Part shown: positions 19,317 through 27,244 of the stretch, one piece after another
How the letters are laid out: each line of letters starts with the position of its first letter
How positions within the stretch are numbered: the first letter of the stretch is position 1
Source: a virus
Lineage: Duplodnaviria; Caudoviricetes
Direction: 5' to 3' (one strand)
DNA: 33,371 bases
Virus record (IMG/VR): IMGVR_UViG_3300022072_000067
Span: 1-33,371 of that record
Program-made: the position numbers and the translations under genes
The notes under the pieces: generated by a model
Databases searched by the model: none
The model's input: only the letters and a program-made list of their open reading frames with translations
What the model was told of the DNA's origin: nothing

Positions 19317-19603
19317 GCAATGGTTTTAAAATTGTAAACGGCGTCGAGATGCCACTCACGCCCAATGACATTGCTGATATTGAAGCAAGAGAGTTGGCTT
19401 GGGAGCAAGGTGCTGGCGACAGGGTTCGTGAAGACCGTGACCAAAGACTTCTGGAGGTTGACGCCTTTGTTGGCAATCCTCTCCGCTGGGGTTCTCTCTC
19501 AGCAGAACAGCAGGACGTTTGGGTTGTCTACCGTCAGGCTCTGCTTGATGTACCACAGCAAGCTGGGTTCCCTAATGATGTCGTGTGGCCCACTAAACCT
19601 TAA
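19313..19603 (+). CDS. Tail fibre assembly chaperone-like protein
   Basis: REDRDQRL...W..YRQALLDVPQQAGFP..V.WPTKP motif. Confidence 0.85.
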   Translation: MSNGFKIVNGVEMPLTPNDIADIEARELAWEQGAGDRVREDRDQRLLEVDAFVGNPLRWGSLSAEQQDVWVVYRQALLDVPQQAGFPNDVVWPTKP

Positions 19604-19611
19604 CAAACATT

Positions 19612-19640
19612 GGCCCTGCTAGAAATAGTGGGGCCTTTTT
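19612..19640 (+). terminator. Rho-independent terminator ending the virion operon
   Basis: GGCCCTGCTA-GAAA-TAGTGGGGCC followed by TTTTT. Confidence 0.85.
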
Positions 19641-19652
19641 GTCTTTTAGGGG

Positions 19653-19681
19653 TTTACAGTATTCAACACCTACTTTAACAA
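19653..19681 (+). promoter_or_regulatory. Putative host sigma70-type early promoter P1
   Basis: TTTACA-17 nt-TAACAA preceded by TAGGGG; same layout as 21987 and 23477. Confidence 0.55.
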
Positions 19682-19710
19682 GGTCTCAAGGAAACACAAA
19701 GGAGAACACA

Positions 19711-19893
19711 ATGACACATAGAACTATGGACTACGTTACTAAGGACGAATGGGCTGAACGGTGCTTTTATGCTGAAGAACAGATAGAGGGCCTCTTGGAC
19801 ATCTCAATCTCTATGGTAGAGGAACTAGAGAGACTTGAGGAGATCATTGAAGACCTCACAGGTCGTAAGTTTAACGAAGAAGAATGGGGTTAA
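19711..19893 (+). CDS. Small acidic hypothetical protein (60 aa)
   Basis: RBS AAAGGAG before ATG 19711; TKDEWAER motif shared with 23308..23457. Confidence 0.7.
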   Translation: MTHRTMDYVTKDEWAERCFYAEEQIEGLLDISISMVEELERLEEIIEDLTGRKFNEEEWG

Positions 19894-19933
19894 CTTACCC
19901 ACACGCGCAACAACAACACTTAAAGGAAATAAA

Positions 19934-21934
19934 GTGAACAACTATCAAGAATTCTCCACACGTGCTAACGTAGTAACACGACGCACTTACAACCGCCCTA
20001 AAGATGATGGTACCTTTGAGTCGTGGGCAGAAACAGTCGACCGCGTTATCGACCACCAGCGATGGCTGTGGGAACGCGCTAAAGGCGTCACCCTGGACAT
20101 GCTAGAGATCGTTGAGCTCGAGAAGCTGCGTATGCTAATGATGGAACGCAAGGCCACTGTCTCTGGGCGCACCTTGTGGCTTGGTGGTACTAAGGTCTCT
20201 AAGACCCGCGAGGCATCCCAGTTCAACTGCTCATTCGGGTGTGTAGAGACGGTCCACGACATTGTCGACGCTATGTGGCTACTGTTGCAGGGCTGTGGTG
20301 TAGGCTTCGAGCCTGTTGTTGGCACGTTGAACGGCTTTGCTAATAAGCTGGAGGTAGTGACTATTCGCTCAACTAAGGTTATCGGCGATGCTAAGGGCTG
20401 CCCGAGCAACCAGTCATGGTCGTCTGTAGACGAAGACGGACTAAAGACCTACCACCTCAAAGTCGGCGATAGTGCTGAGGCATGGGCCAAGGCCGCTGGT
20501 AAACTGTTTGCTATGAAGGAAGCTGTGGATGTTCTAGTATTAGACTTCACTGAGGTCCGTGCAGCGGGAGAGCGCCTAAAGGGTTACGGCTGGATCAGCT
20601 CAGGAGATGAGACTATTTCATCAGCCTACAACCGCATCTGTGAGCTTATGAACGCTCGTGCTGGTCAACTGCTCACACGTATTGACATCCTAGACGTCCT
20701 GAACCTGCTTGGCACTACACTGTCGTCACGGCGGTCTGCTGAGATCGCTCTAATGCCGGTGTCTGACCCTGAGGTCGACGCTTTCATCTCAGCTAAGAAA
20801 GACTTCTGGTTGCACGGTAACGAACATCGTCAACAGTCCAACAACTCCATCGTCTTCCACAAGAAGCCAACCAAGTGGGAGCTGTCATACATCTTCGACA
20901 AGATGGTTGAGGCTGGTGGCTCAGAACCTGGGTTCATTAATGCTGAGAGCGCTAAGAAGCGTGCCCCACACTTCAAGGGGGTAAATCCGTGCGCGGAGAT
21001 CCTGCTGGGCAACAAGAGCTTCTGCAACCTGGTCGAAGTTGACTGGGGCAAGTTCCTACAAGACTTTGGTGGGCTCCAGGAGGCTATTGAGATTGTTGCA
21101 CGGGCTAACTACCGTCAAACATGTGTGAACCTTGACGATGGTGTGCTTCAGCGCTCCTGGCACGAGCTTAACGAATTCCTCCGTTTGTGTGGTGTAGGCG
21201 CTACAGGCATCGTCAAGTTCTTGGACCACCACCAGGGTCATAACAATGTTGTAACTATGCTACAGGCTCTCCGAGCTTCAGCTAAGAAGGGTGCCAACTC
21301 TATGGCTGATGAGCTAGGCTTGCCACGCGCTAAGCTGGTGACTACGGTCAAGCCATCGGGAACATTGAGCAAGATTATGGACACAACTGAGGGGGTGCAT
21401 AAGCCACTTGGCAAATACATCTTCAACAATGTGACGTTTTCTAAGCATGATGAGATCATCACAACACTGGTAGCTGCTGGTTACAAAGTCATCGACAAGC
21501 CTTTCGAAGCAGACAGTGTGTTGGTGACCTTCCCTGTTGCTTACGAAGACGTTAAGTTTGATGTGGTTGATGGTAAGCACGTGAACCTTGAGACTGCTAT
21601 TGGTCAACTAGATCGCTACAAGTTGATGATGGATCACTATGTGGACCACAACTGTTCTGTCACCATTAGCTACGACCCAACTGAGATCCCTGCGATCATC
21701 GAATGGATCCTAGAGAACTGGGAAACTTATGTTGGGGTATCCTTCATCTACCGCAATGATCCCACCAAGACTGCAGCTGACCTAGGTTATGCTTACCTGC
21801 CGCAAGAGGTGGTGTCTGAGGAAGTGTACCGTGCTTACGCTAACACGCTGATGCCTGTGGATCTTACCAACCTAGCTTCAACAGATGATCTATCTGACGA
21901 GGCTTGCACAACAGGTTCTTGCCCTATCCGTTAA
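19934..21934 (+). CDS. nrdJ: Class II (adenosylcobalamin-dependent) ribonucleotide reductase, monomeric RTPR-like
   Basis: RTYNRP..ESWAETVDRV, GRTLWLGG, FNC, NPCAEI, CNL, TVKPSGT, C-terminal CTTGSCPIR; no NrdB/NrdG partner; GTG start after AAAGGA. Confidence 0.92.
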   Translation: MNNYQEFSTRANVVTRRTYNRPKDDGTFESWAETVDRVIDHQRWLWERAKGVTLDMLEIVELEKLRMLMMERKATVSGRTLWLGGTKVSKTREASQFNCSFGCVETVHDIVDAMWLLLQGCGVGFEPVVGTLNGFANKLEVVTIRSTKVIGDAKGCPSNQSWSSVDEDGLKTYHLKVGDSAEAWAKAAGKLFAMKEAVDVLVLDFTEVRAAGERLKGYGWISSGDETISSAYNRICELMNARAGQLLTRIDILDVLNLLGTTLSSRRSAEIALMPVSDPEVDAFISAKKDFWLHGNEHRQQSNNSIVFHKKPTKWELSYIFDKMVEAGGSEPGFINAESAKKRAPHFKGVNPCAEILLGNKSFCNLVEVDWGKFLQDFGGLQEAIEIVARANYRQTCVNLDDGVLQRSWHELNEFLRLCGVGATGIVKFLDHHQGHNNVVTMLQALRASAKKGANSMADELGLPRAKLVTTVKPSGTLSKIMDTTEGVHKPLGKYIFNNVTFSKHDEIITTLVAAGYKVIDKPFEADSVLVTFPVAYEDVKFDVVDGKHVNLETAIGQLDRYKLMMDHYVDHNCSVTISYDPTEIPAIIEWILENWETYVGVSFIYRNDPTKTAADLGYAYLPQEVVSEEVYRAYANTLMPVDLTNLASTDDLSDEACTTGSCPIR

Positions 21935-21942
21935 AACTAAAC

Positions 21943-21973
21943 AAAGGCCCTGTTAGAAATAATGGGGCCTTTT
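21943..21973 (+). terminator. Rho-independent terminator after nrdJ
   Basis: AAAGGCCCTGTTA-GAAA-TAATGGGGCCTTTT. Confidence 0.85.
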
Positions 21974-21986
21974 ACGTTTTAGGGGG

Positions 21987-22015
21987 TTGCCAGTGTTTAA
22001 CACCTACGATAGGAA
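21987..22015 (+). promoter_or_regulatory. Putative host sigma70-type early promoter P2
   Basis: TTGCCA-17 nt-TAGGAA preceded by TAGGGGG; spacer AACACCTAC shared with P1. Confidence 0.55.
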
Positions 22016-22049
22016 GGTCTTAGGAAATGAAACACAAAGGATTAAGACA

Positions 22050-22304
22050 ATGACAAACCTGCGCATCACACACACACAAAACTGGACGCACACAGATGGT
22101 TCTAAGGGCAAGCAAATAGACACACTCTTGTGTGAGATCACTAAAGAAGATACGCACTGGGTTGAGTTCAACGTCATTGCGGTTGAGAACACAATCAACC
22201 CAATGCCTTCAGGTGCGATACATTTGGAAGCTGGCGCTTTAATGAAGCGCGCACTGGTTGACTATGAAGGTAAAGCAGGCATGATGCTTGTAACTAAAGC
22301 CTAA
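22050..22304 (+). CDS. Hypothetical protein (84 aa)
   Basis: RBS AAAGGA before ATG 22050. Confidence 0.65.
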   Translation: MTNLRITHTQNWTHTDGSKGKQIDTLLCEITKEDTHWVEFNVIAVENTINPMPSGAIHLEAGALMKRALVDYEGKAGMMLVTKA

Positions 22305-22326
22305 ACCCACACAAAGGATTAAGACA

Positions 22327-22395
22327 ATGCTTGTAACACTAATCATCTCAACGGCCACTATGGCTTACTTAATCTACAAGGAAGAAACTAAATGA
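22327..22395 (+). CDS. 22-aa hydrophobic micro-ORF (MLVTLIISTATMAYLIYKEETK)
   Basis: Same 21-nt RBS/start block as the 22050 gene; stop overlaps the thyX start (ATGA). Confidence 0.5.
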   Translation: MLVTLIISTATMAYLIYKEETK

Positions 22396-23036
22396 CACAG
22401 ATCAAAGCTACCTACTTGGCACACATGGGTGAGGACAAAGACGTAGCTGAAGCTGCACGAGTGTCATTCGCTAAGAAAGCTGAGAACTACACAGAGGAAG
22501 GTAATAACAAGCTCATTAAGTTCTTGGCACGAGAGAGACATATTGCTCCCTTCGGACACTGCTACGCACGGTTCCACATCAAGGCCCCAGTCTTCGTAGC
22601 ACGGCAACTTGTGAAGCATAAGTTCATGAGGATGAGTGAGGTTTCCCGTCGATACGTCAAAGACCGACCAGAGTTCTACTATCCTTCTGTCTGGAGGGCA
22701 GCAGCAGCGGACGTTAAGCAAGGGTCTGTCGGTGTAGCAGCTTCACAATACTTCCCTACATCTTACCTAAAGCAGACTGAGGATGAGACTGTACAGCGCT
22801 ATGAGAAGATGATTAACCAAGGCATCTGTGCTGAACAAGCTAGAATGATCTTGCCAGTCAACATGTTCACTGAGTGGGTGTGGTCTGGGTCATTAGATGC
22901 TTTCTCTAGCATGTGTAACCTTCGCTGTAAGCCTGACACACAATTTGAGACACGTGTAGTAGCTGACCAGATCAGTGAGAAGATGCATGAACTGTTTCCA
23001 GTGTCGTGGGCTGCACTAATGGTCTGTAGATCATAA
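22392..23036 (+). CDS. thyX: Flavin-dependent thymidylate synthase
   Basis: AARVSF, HIAPF, APVFVARQLVKH, SEVSRRY, EQARMILP, LRC...Q.E.R motifs. Confidence 0.95.
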   Translation: MTQIKATYLAHMGEDKDVAEAARVSFAKKAENYTEEGNNKLIKFLARERHIAPFGHCYARFHIKAPVFVARQLVKHKFMRMSEVSRRYVKDRPEFYYPSVWRAAAADVKQGSVGVAASQYFPTSYLKQTEDETVQRYEKMINQGICAEQARMILPVNMFTEWVWSGSLDAFSSMCNLRCKPDTQFETRVVADQISEKMHELFPVSWAALMVCRS

Positions 23037-23117
23037 ACCACTGATATGACTTGTGGGTCATACTACTGAGCAATCCGTGACGACCCTAATGAACAAACTA
23101 TGTGAAGGAGAAACAGA

Positions 23118-23315
23118 ATGAGTTGGCACTATCAACTAATGAAACACACAGAACCTGACGGTAAGGTCCGGTATGCAGTACATGAGTTCTACGAAGGTGA
23201 TGGTTACACCGCCAACCCCGAAACAATCAGGGGTAGGGACAAAGCTGACATCAAGTGGATGCTAGAGACTGTGCTAGAAGACATTGAGAAACATGGGGTG
23301 AAAGACTATGAGTGA
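23118..23315 (+). CDS. Small hypothetical phage protein
   Basis: RBS AAGGAG; MSWHYQLM...YAVHEFY. Confidence 0.65.
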   Translation: MSWHYQLMKHTEPDGKVRYAVHEFYEGDGYTANPETIRGRDKADIKWMLETVLEDIEKHGVKDYE

Positions 23316-23457
23316 CTACAGAGTAGACGCAGCAACGAAGGAAGAGTGGGCTGAGAGGGCATTGAAGGCTGAGGCTAAACTGAAGAAACTACAAAGCTAC
23401 TACGGTAAGGACGATGACCCTTGTGACGAAATGATGCCTCCGCCTAATAAAAAGTAG
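23308..23457 (+). CDS. 49-aa hypothetical protein (MSDYRVDAATKEEWAERALKAEAKLKK...), absent from the ORF track
   Basis: Overlaps the previous stop; RBS-like GGGGTG; motif similarity to 19711..19893. Confidence 0.6.
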   Translation: MSDYRVDAATKEEWAERALKAEAKLKKLQSYYGKDDDPCDEMMPPPNKK

Positions 23458-23476
23458 TTAGTTTAGCTCTAGGGGT

Positions 23477-23505
23477 TTGTAATTTATCTCTGCAAGGCTT
23501 ATCTA
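23477..23505 (+). promoter_or_regulatory. Putative host sigma70-type early promoter P3
   Basis: TTGTAA-17 nt-TATCTA preceded by TAGGGGT. Confidence 0.5.
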
Positions 23506-23537
23506 TCTAATACCAACCAAACAAAGGAATAAACAAT

Positions 23538-23939
23538 ATGCTTAACGATATTAAAACTATGCACAAGAAGTTCGGGGTCTACGATGCGGTGGATAGTCTC
23601 AGCACTGAGTTACTACACGACTTCATCAAGTTCCGTTTGTCTTGCATCCAAGAGGAGTTTGAGGAAAGCCAAGCAGCCTTGGAAGCACAAGACGCTGAAG
23701 AACTTGTTGATGGCTTGATCGACATCATGGTGTTCACCCTAGGCACCCTTGACTTGATGGGGGTCGACACCCAGAAGGCTTGGTCTGCAGTTATGTGCGC
23801 TAATATGAGCAAAGAGGTGGGCATTAAACAAGGGCGGCAAAACCCTTATGGCCTGCCAGACTTATGCAAACCTTCTGGGTGGCTTGCACCATCACACGAT
23901 AACAACCATGGCTTGATTGGGGAGATCTTCAATGTCTAA
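23538..23939 (+). CDS. MazG-like (all-alpha) dNTP pyrophosphohydrolase, putative dCTPase/dUTPase
   Basis: IQEEFEE...EELVDGLID metal-binding motif, ANMSK and KPSGW..P motifs of the DR2231-like family. Confidence 0.85.
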   Translation: MLNDIKTMHKKFGVYDAVDSLSTELLHDFIKFRLSCIQEEFEESQAALEAQDAEELVDGLIDIMVFTLGTLDLMGVDTQKAWSAVMCANMSKEVGIKQGRQNPYGLPDLCKPSGWLAPSHDNNHGLIGEIFNV

Positions 23940-24216
23940 TGTAGATGAAACACTTGTACAACGCGGCAACCGCTATGGCTCTTTCGAGGATAACGCTCGG
24001 TTAACACAGGCCTTGCTCAGCACAACCTTGGGGGCGGCAACGGTTGACTTGACCCCTATGCACCGTGAAGCCCTACACATGATCTTCCACAAGATCGCCC
24101 GCATGTGTTGTGGTGACCAGTTCTATAACGACAACCCACACGACATTGCTGGCTATGCCAAGTTGCTGGAAGAATACATAAACCAGAAAGTAGGAGAAGA
24201 CAATGCCCGGGGTTGA
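23932..24216 (+). CDS. DUF6378-like protein
   Basis: L..RG.RYGSF..N, KIAR, DN.HDIAGYA motifs. Confidence 0.75.
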   Translation: MSNVDETLVQRGNRYGSFEDNARLTQALLSTTLGAATVDLTPMHREALHMIFHKIARMCCGDQFYNDNPHDIAGYAKLLEEYINQKVGEDNARG

Positions 24217-24877
24217 CATTAAGCGCAACACTGTGCAAGACATCCGTGACGTCCTCATCAGCAAACTTGCTGGTGGGGATTTTGCGAGTAATGGGACCTT
24301 AGAAATCACAGGTGCTAACTTCATAGCAGACGAGGATAGCATCTTCGGTAAGCCAAGTGAAGCCTACATTGAGAAGGAGCTTTATTGGTACCTGAATGAG
24401 GACCTTAGTATCCAAGGCCTTGCTCCTGGTATTCCTGAAATTTGGAAGTCTGTGGCCTGCAAGGATGGGCTAATCAACAGCAACTATGGTTGGTGCATCT
24501 TTAGTGAAGCCAACGGCAGCCAGTTTACCAACGCTATTAATCACCTCGCTAAGGATGTGGGCTCGCGCCAGGCGGTCATGGTCTACACGAGACCATCTAT
24601 CCACACAGACGCCTTTACCAACGGCCGTAAAGACTTCATCTGTACAAATGCAGTCCAGCTGCTAATTCGTGATGGGAAGCTAGAGTACCACGTGTCTATG
24701 AGATCGAACGACGTAGTCTACGGATACAACAATGATGTGGCCTGGCATAGATATGTGCATCAGCGTGCTCTAGCATGCCTCCCTGAGTCTCTAGGGGGCA
24801 TTGAGATTGGTGACATGTACTGGTCGGCTGGGTCGCTGCACGTCTACCCAAGGCACTTCAAGCTAGTCGTAAGATAA
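24203..24877 (+). CDS. dCMP hydroxymethylase-like enzyme (T4 gp42 family, thymidylate synthase superfamily)
   Basis: EITGANFIADE, INSNYGW, YTRPS, DFICTN, MRSNDVVYGYNND, GSLHVY.RHF are collinear with T4 gp42 motifs as I recall them; Asp at the C/U specificity position. Confidence 0.88.
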   Translation: MPGVDIKRNTVQDIRDVLISKLAGGDFASNGTLEITGANFIADEDSIFGKPSEAYIEKELYWYLNEDLSIQGLAPGIPEIWKSVACKDGLINSNYGWCIFSEANGSQFTNAINHLAKDVGSRQAVMVYTRPSIHTDAFTNGRKDFICTNAVQLLIRDGKLEYHVSMRSNDVVYGYNNDVAWHRYVHQRALACLPESLGGIEIGDMYWSAGSLHVYPRHFKLVVR

Positions 24878-24885
24878 GATTTACA

Positions 24886-24923
24886 GGTGGCTCTGTGGTT
24901 CACAAAAGGCCTGTAGAGCCACC
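24886..24923 (+). other. Intergenic hairpin between hydroxymethylase and RNAP genes (no U-tract)
   Basis: GGTGGCTCTGTGGTT...GGCCTGTAGAGCCACC. Confidence 0.6.
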
Positions 24924-24944
24924 ACCAACTAAGGACCTCACAAC

Positions 24945-27215
24945 ATGACAAGCCAAACTCAATTCGAGCTAGAAGTACAGATGCAGGACCGTGGCTATGC
25001 CAGGTTCTTAAAGCAACTGCAGAGTGCCCGTGACGGCGAGAGCCAAAGCAACACAGCACATGGCCGTGAGGTCATTAAGGCTAACATGGACACAATGCTT
25101 GAGAACCTTGAGGGCTTCATTAAGTCACAGGAGACTGTCAAGCGTAAAGCCCCGGCATCCATTCTACTCAAGGGCCTTAACCTTGAAGCTGTGGTTTACC
25201 TTGCTCTGAAGACAATCGTTAACAGCTTGGGCCATGATGAGGCTAAGACTACTGCTACGGCTATCAATATTGGCCTTGCAGTCTCTAACGCTGTTAAACT
25301 AGCAGAACTTAGCAAGGACAAAGAGAAGAAGGGCCTTGTTAAGCACATTGAAGCAAGCACTAAGCGCACTTTAGGTAACGACAATGCTAAGTCTAAGGCT
25401 GTAGCTGACACCCTGACATTCTTTAACATGCAATCCACTTGGTCAACTGAAGACCAACTGAAGGTGGGTGTTACGCTCATTGAACTTGCAACACAGGCTG
25501 GTCTTATTGACAATGTGACAGTTGGTGGCGGTAAGACTTCCTTTAAGAAGCTTGTTCCTACTGACAAGACTATGGAGATGGTTGAGGTGATGAACCTATG
25601 CCCTGAGTTTGCCCCAGTCTACCTCCCCATGGTAGTAGAGCCAAAGGATTGGGACCAAGACGGGAACGGTGGATATCTTACCCTTCTGCAACCCTTGGTG
25701 AAGACGCGCTTTGAGGGACACAGAGAGGCACTCCAGGACGCCAACCTGTCTGATGTGCGTGCTAGCATCAACATTATCCAACGTACAGCCTGGAGGGTCC
25801 ACACAGGGCTTCTAAGCATCGCTCAGGTAGCTATGGAGGACGGATTGGACCTAGACTGCCTTCCGTTCAACTATAATGATGATCGTGCGAAGCGTACTAG
25901 CATTCGTGTAGGGGCTACAACAGTCCTTAATCTTGCTGAGGAGTTCAAGGATCGTGATGCTATCTGGTTTCCTCACAATATGGACTGGAGGGGTCGTGTT
26001 TACCCTATGGTTGACGGTCTGTCCCCACAGGGTAACAAACTAGCTAAAGCGCTCCTCTCATTCGCTGAAGGCAAGCGTATTGCTGATGGTGCTGAGAGCT
26101 TCCTAGCTATCCATATTGCTAACGAGTTCGGTAATGACAAACTATCACTTGCAGATCGTGTCTCTTGGGTCTTTGAGAATGAAGATACTATCATTGAGGT
26201 GGCTAATAACCCATTTGGTGAGAACAAGGCCTTCTGGATTACTGCTGACAGCCCTTGGGGCTTCCTTAGAGGCTGTATTGAGTGGGCTGGCTACTGCGAG
26301 GCACCAGAGGACTTCATGAGCGCTCTGCCAGTCGCTTTTGACGGGTCTTGCTCTGGTCTTCAGCACTTCTCAGCTATGTTTAAGGACGAAGTAGGTGGCC
26401 GTGAGGTCAACCTTCTGCCTAACCTAGACCGCCAAGACATCTATAGTGCCGTCCAGAAGGCTGTAGAGGCAACCCTACGCGCCTCTGGTGACGACCTTGC
26501 GGTTAAGTGGGCTAGCACGGGCCTTTTAACCAGAAGCCTCTTTAAGACACCCACAATGACCTACGGCTACTCTTCTGAGGTTCCCGGGATGACCGACCAG
26601 ATCAAGGAATATGTTATCTCTACTAATCGCGATGCTTTTGACAAGGATGAGTTGTTCTTGGCCTGTAACTATCTTGCTAAAATCACTTTCACCGAGATAG
26701 AAAACATCGTGGTCAAGGCCGCTGAGGCTAAGACTTGGCTTCAATCTTGTGTCCGCGGCAAGGATGAGGCCGCACAGTGGACTACGCCTGACGGAATGGT
26801 TGTAGTGCAGAAGTACAAGGTCAAGAAGTCTAAACAGGTTAGCATACTTGTTGGGGATGCTAGGGTTCAACCACAGTACAGCTTCCAGACTGATAGAGTG
26901 GACACACGTAAGATGGCTAGCAGCATCTCGCCTAACGTAATCCACTCCTTAGATGCCGCACACATCCGTATGGTGGCCGTAGCGGCCTCAAGGGAGCAAA
27001 TGCATAGCCTAGCGATGATACATGACAGCTTTGGTTGCCATGCAGCAGACGCTGGACGCTTCTTCAACATCATCCGTGAGGAGTTTGTTAAGCTCTACAA
27101 CCTAAACGTTGCCAACAAGTTGAATGAGGATCTTTCTGGCGGAGCTGTTACCCTACCACTTATGGGCAACTTAGACCTTCAGGGTATCATAGACACCGAC
27201 TACTCGTTCGCTTAA
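24945..27215 (+). CDS. T7-like single-subunit DNA-directed RNA polymerase (756 aa)
   Basis: PMVVEPKDW, DWRGRVYP, FDGSCSGLQH (motif A), RSLFKTPTMTYGY (B), PNVIHSLDA, IHDSFG (C), C-terminal YSFA. Confidence 0.97.
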   Translation: MTSQTQFELEVQMQDRGYARFLKQLQSARDGESQSNTAHGREVIKANMDTMLENLEGFIKSQETVKRKAPASILLKGLNLEAVVYLALKTIVNSLGHDEAKTTATAINIGLAVSNAVKLAELSKDKEKKGLVKHIEASTKRTLGNDNAKSKAVADTLTFFNMQSTWSTEDQLKVGVTLIELATQAGLIDNVTVGGGKTSFKKLVPTDKTMEMVEVMNLCPEFAPVYLPMVVEPKDWDQDGNGGYLTLLQPLVKTRFEGHREALQDANLSDVRASINIIQRTAWRVHTGLLSIAQVAMEDGLDLDCLPFNYNDDRAKRTSIRVGATTVLNLAEEFKDRDAIWFPHNMDWRGRVYPMVDGLSPQGNKLAKALLSFAEGKRIADGAESFLAIHIANEFGNDKLSLADRVSWVFENEDTIIEVANNPFGENKAFWITADSPWGFLRGCIEWAGYCEAPEDFMSALPVAFDGSCSGLQHFSAMFKDEVGGREVNLLPNLDRQDIYSAVQKAVEATLRASGDDLAVKWASTGLLTRSLFKTPTMTYGYSSEVPGMTDQIKEYVISTNRDAFDKDELFLACNYLAKITFTEIENIVVKAAEAKTWLQSCVRGKDEAAQWTTPDGMVVVQKYKVKKSKQVSILVGDARVQPQYSFQTDRVDTRKMASSISPNVIHSLDAAHIRMVAVAASREQMHSLAMIHDSFGCHAADAGRFFNIIREEFVKLYNLNVANKLNEDLSGGAVTLPLMGNLDLQGIIDTDYSFA

Positions 27216-27222
27216 TAGCCAG

Positions 27223-27244
27223 AAACACTTACTATAGAGGAAGG
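27223..27244 (+). promoter_or_regulatory. Putative phage RNAP promoter A
   Basis: AAACACTTACTATAGAGGAAGG, perfectly repeated at 27333; ACTATAG core as in T7/SP6 promoters. Confidence 0.75.

Noticed and set aside
24203-24877. Annotation as ordinary thymidylate synthase (ThyA)
   Set aside because: Motifs follow T4 gp42, Asp occupies the specificity position, and a separate thyX is present
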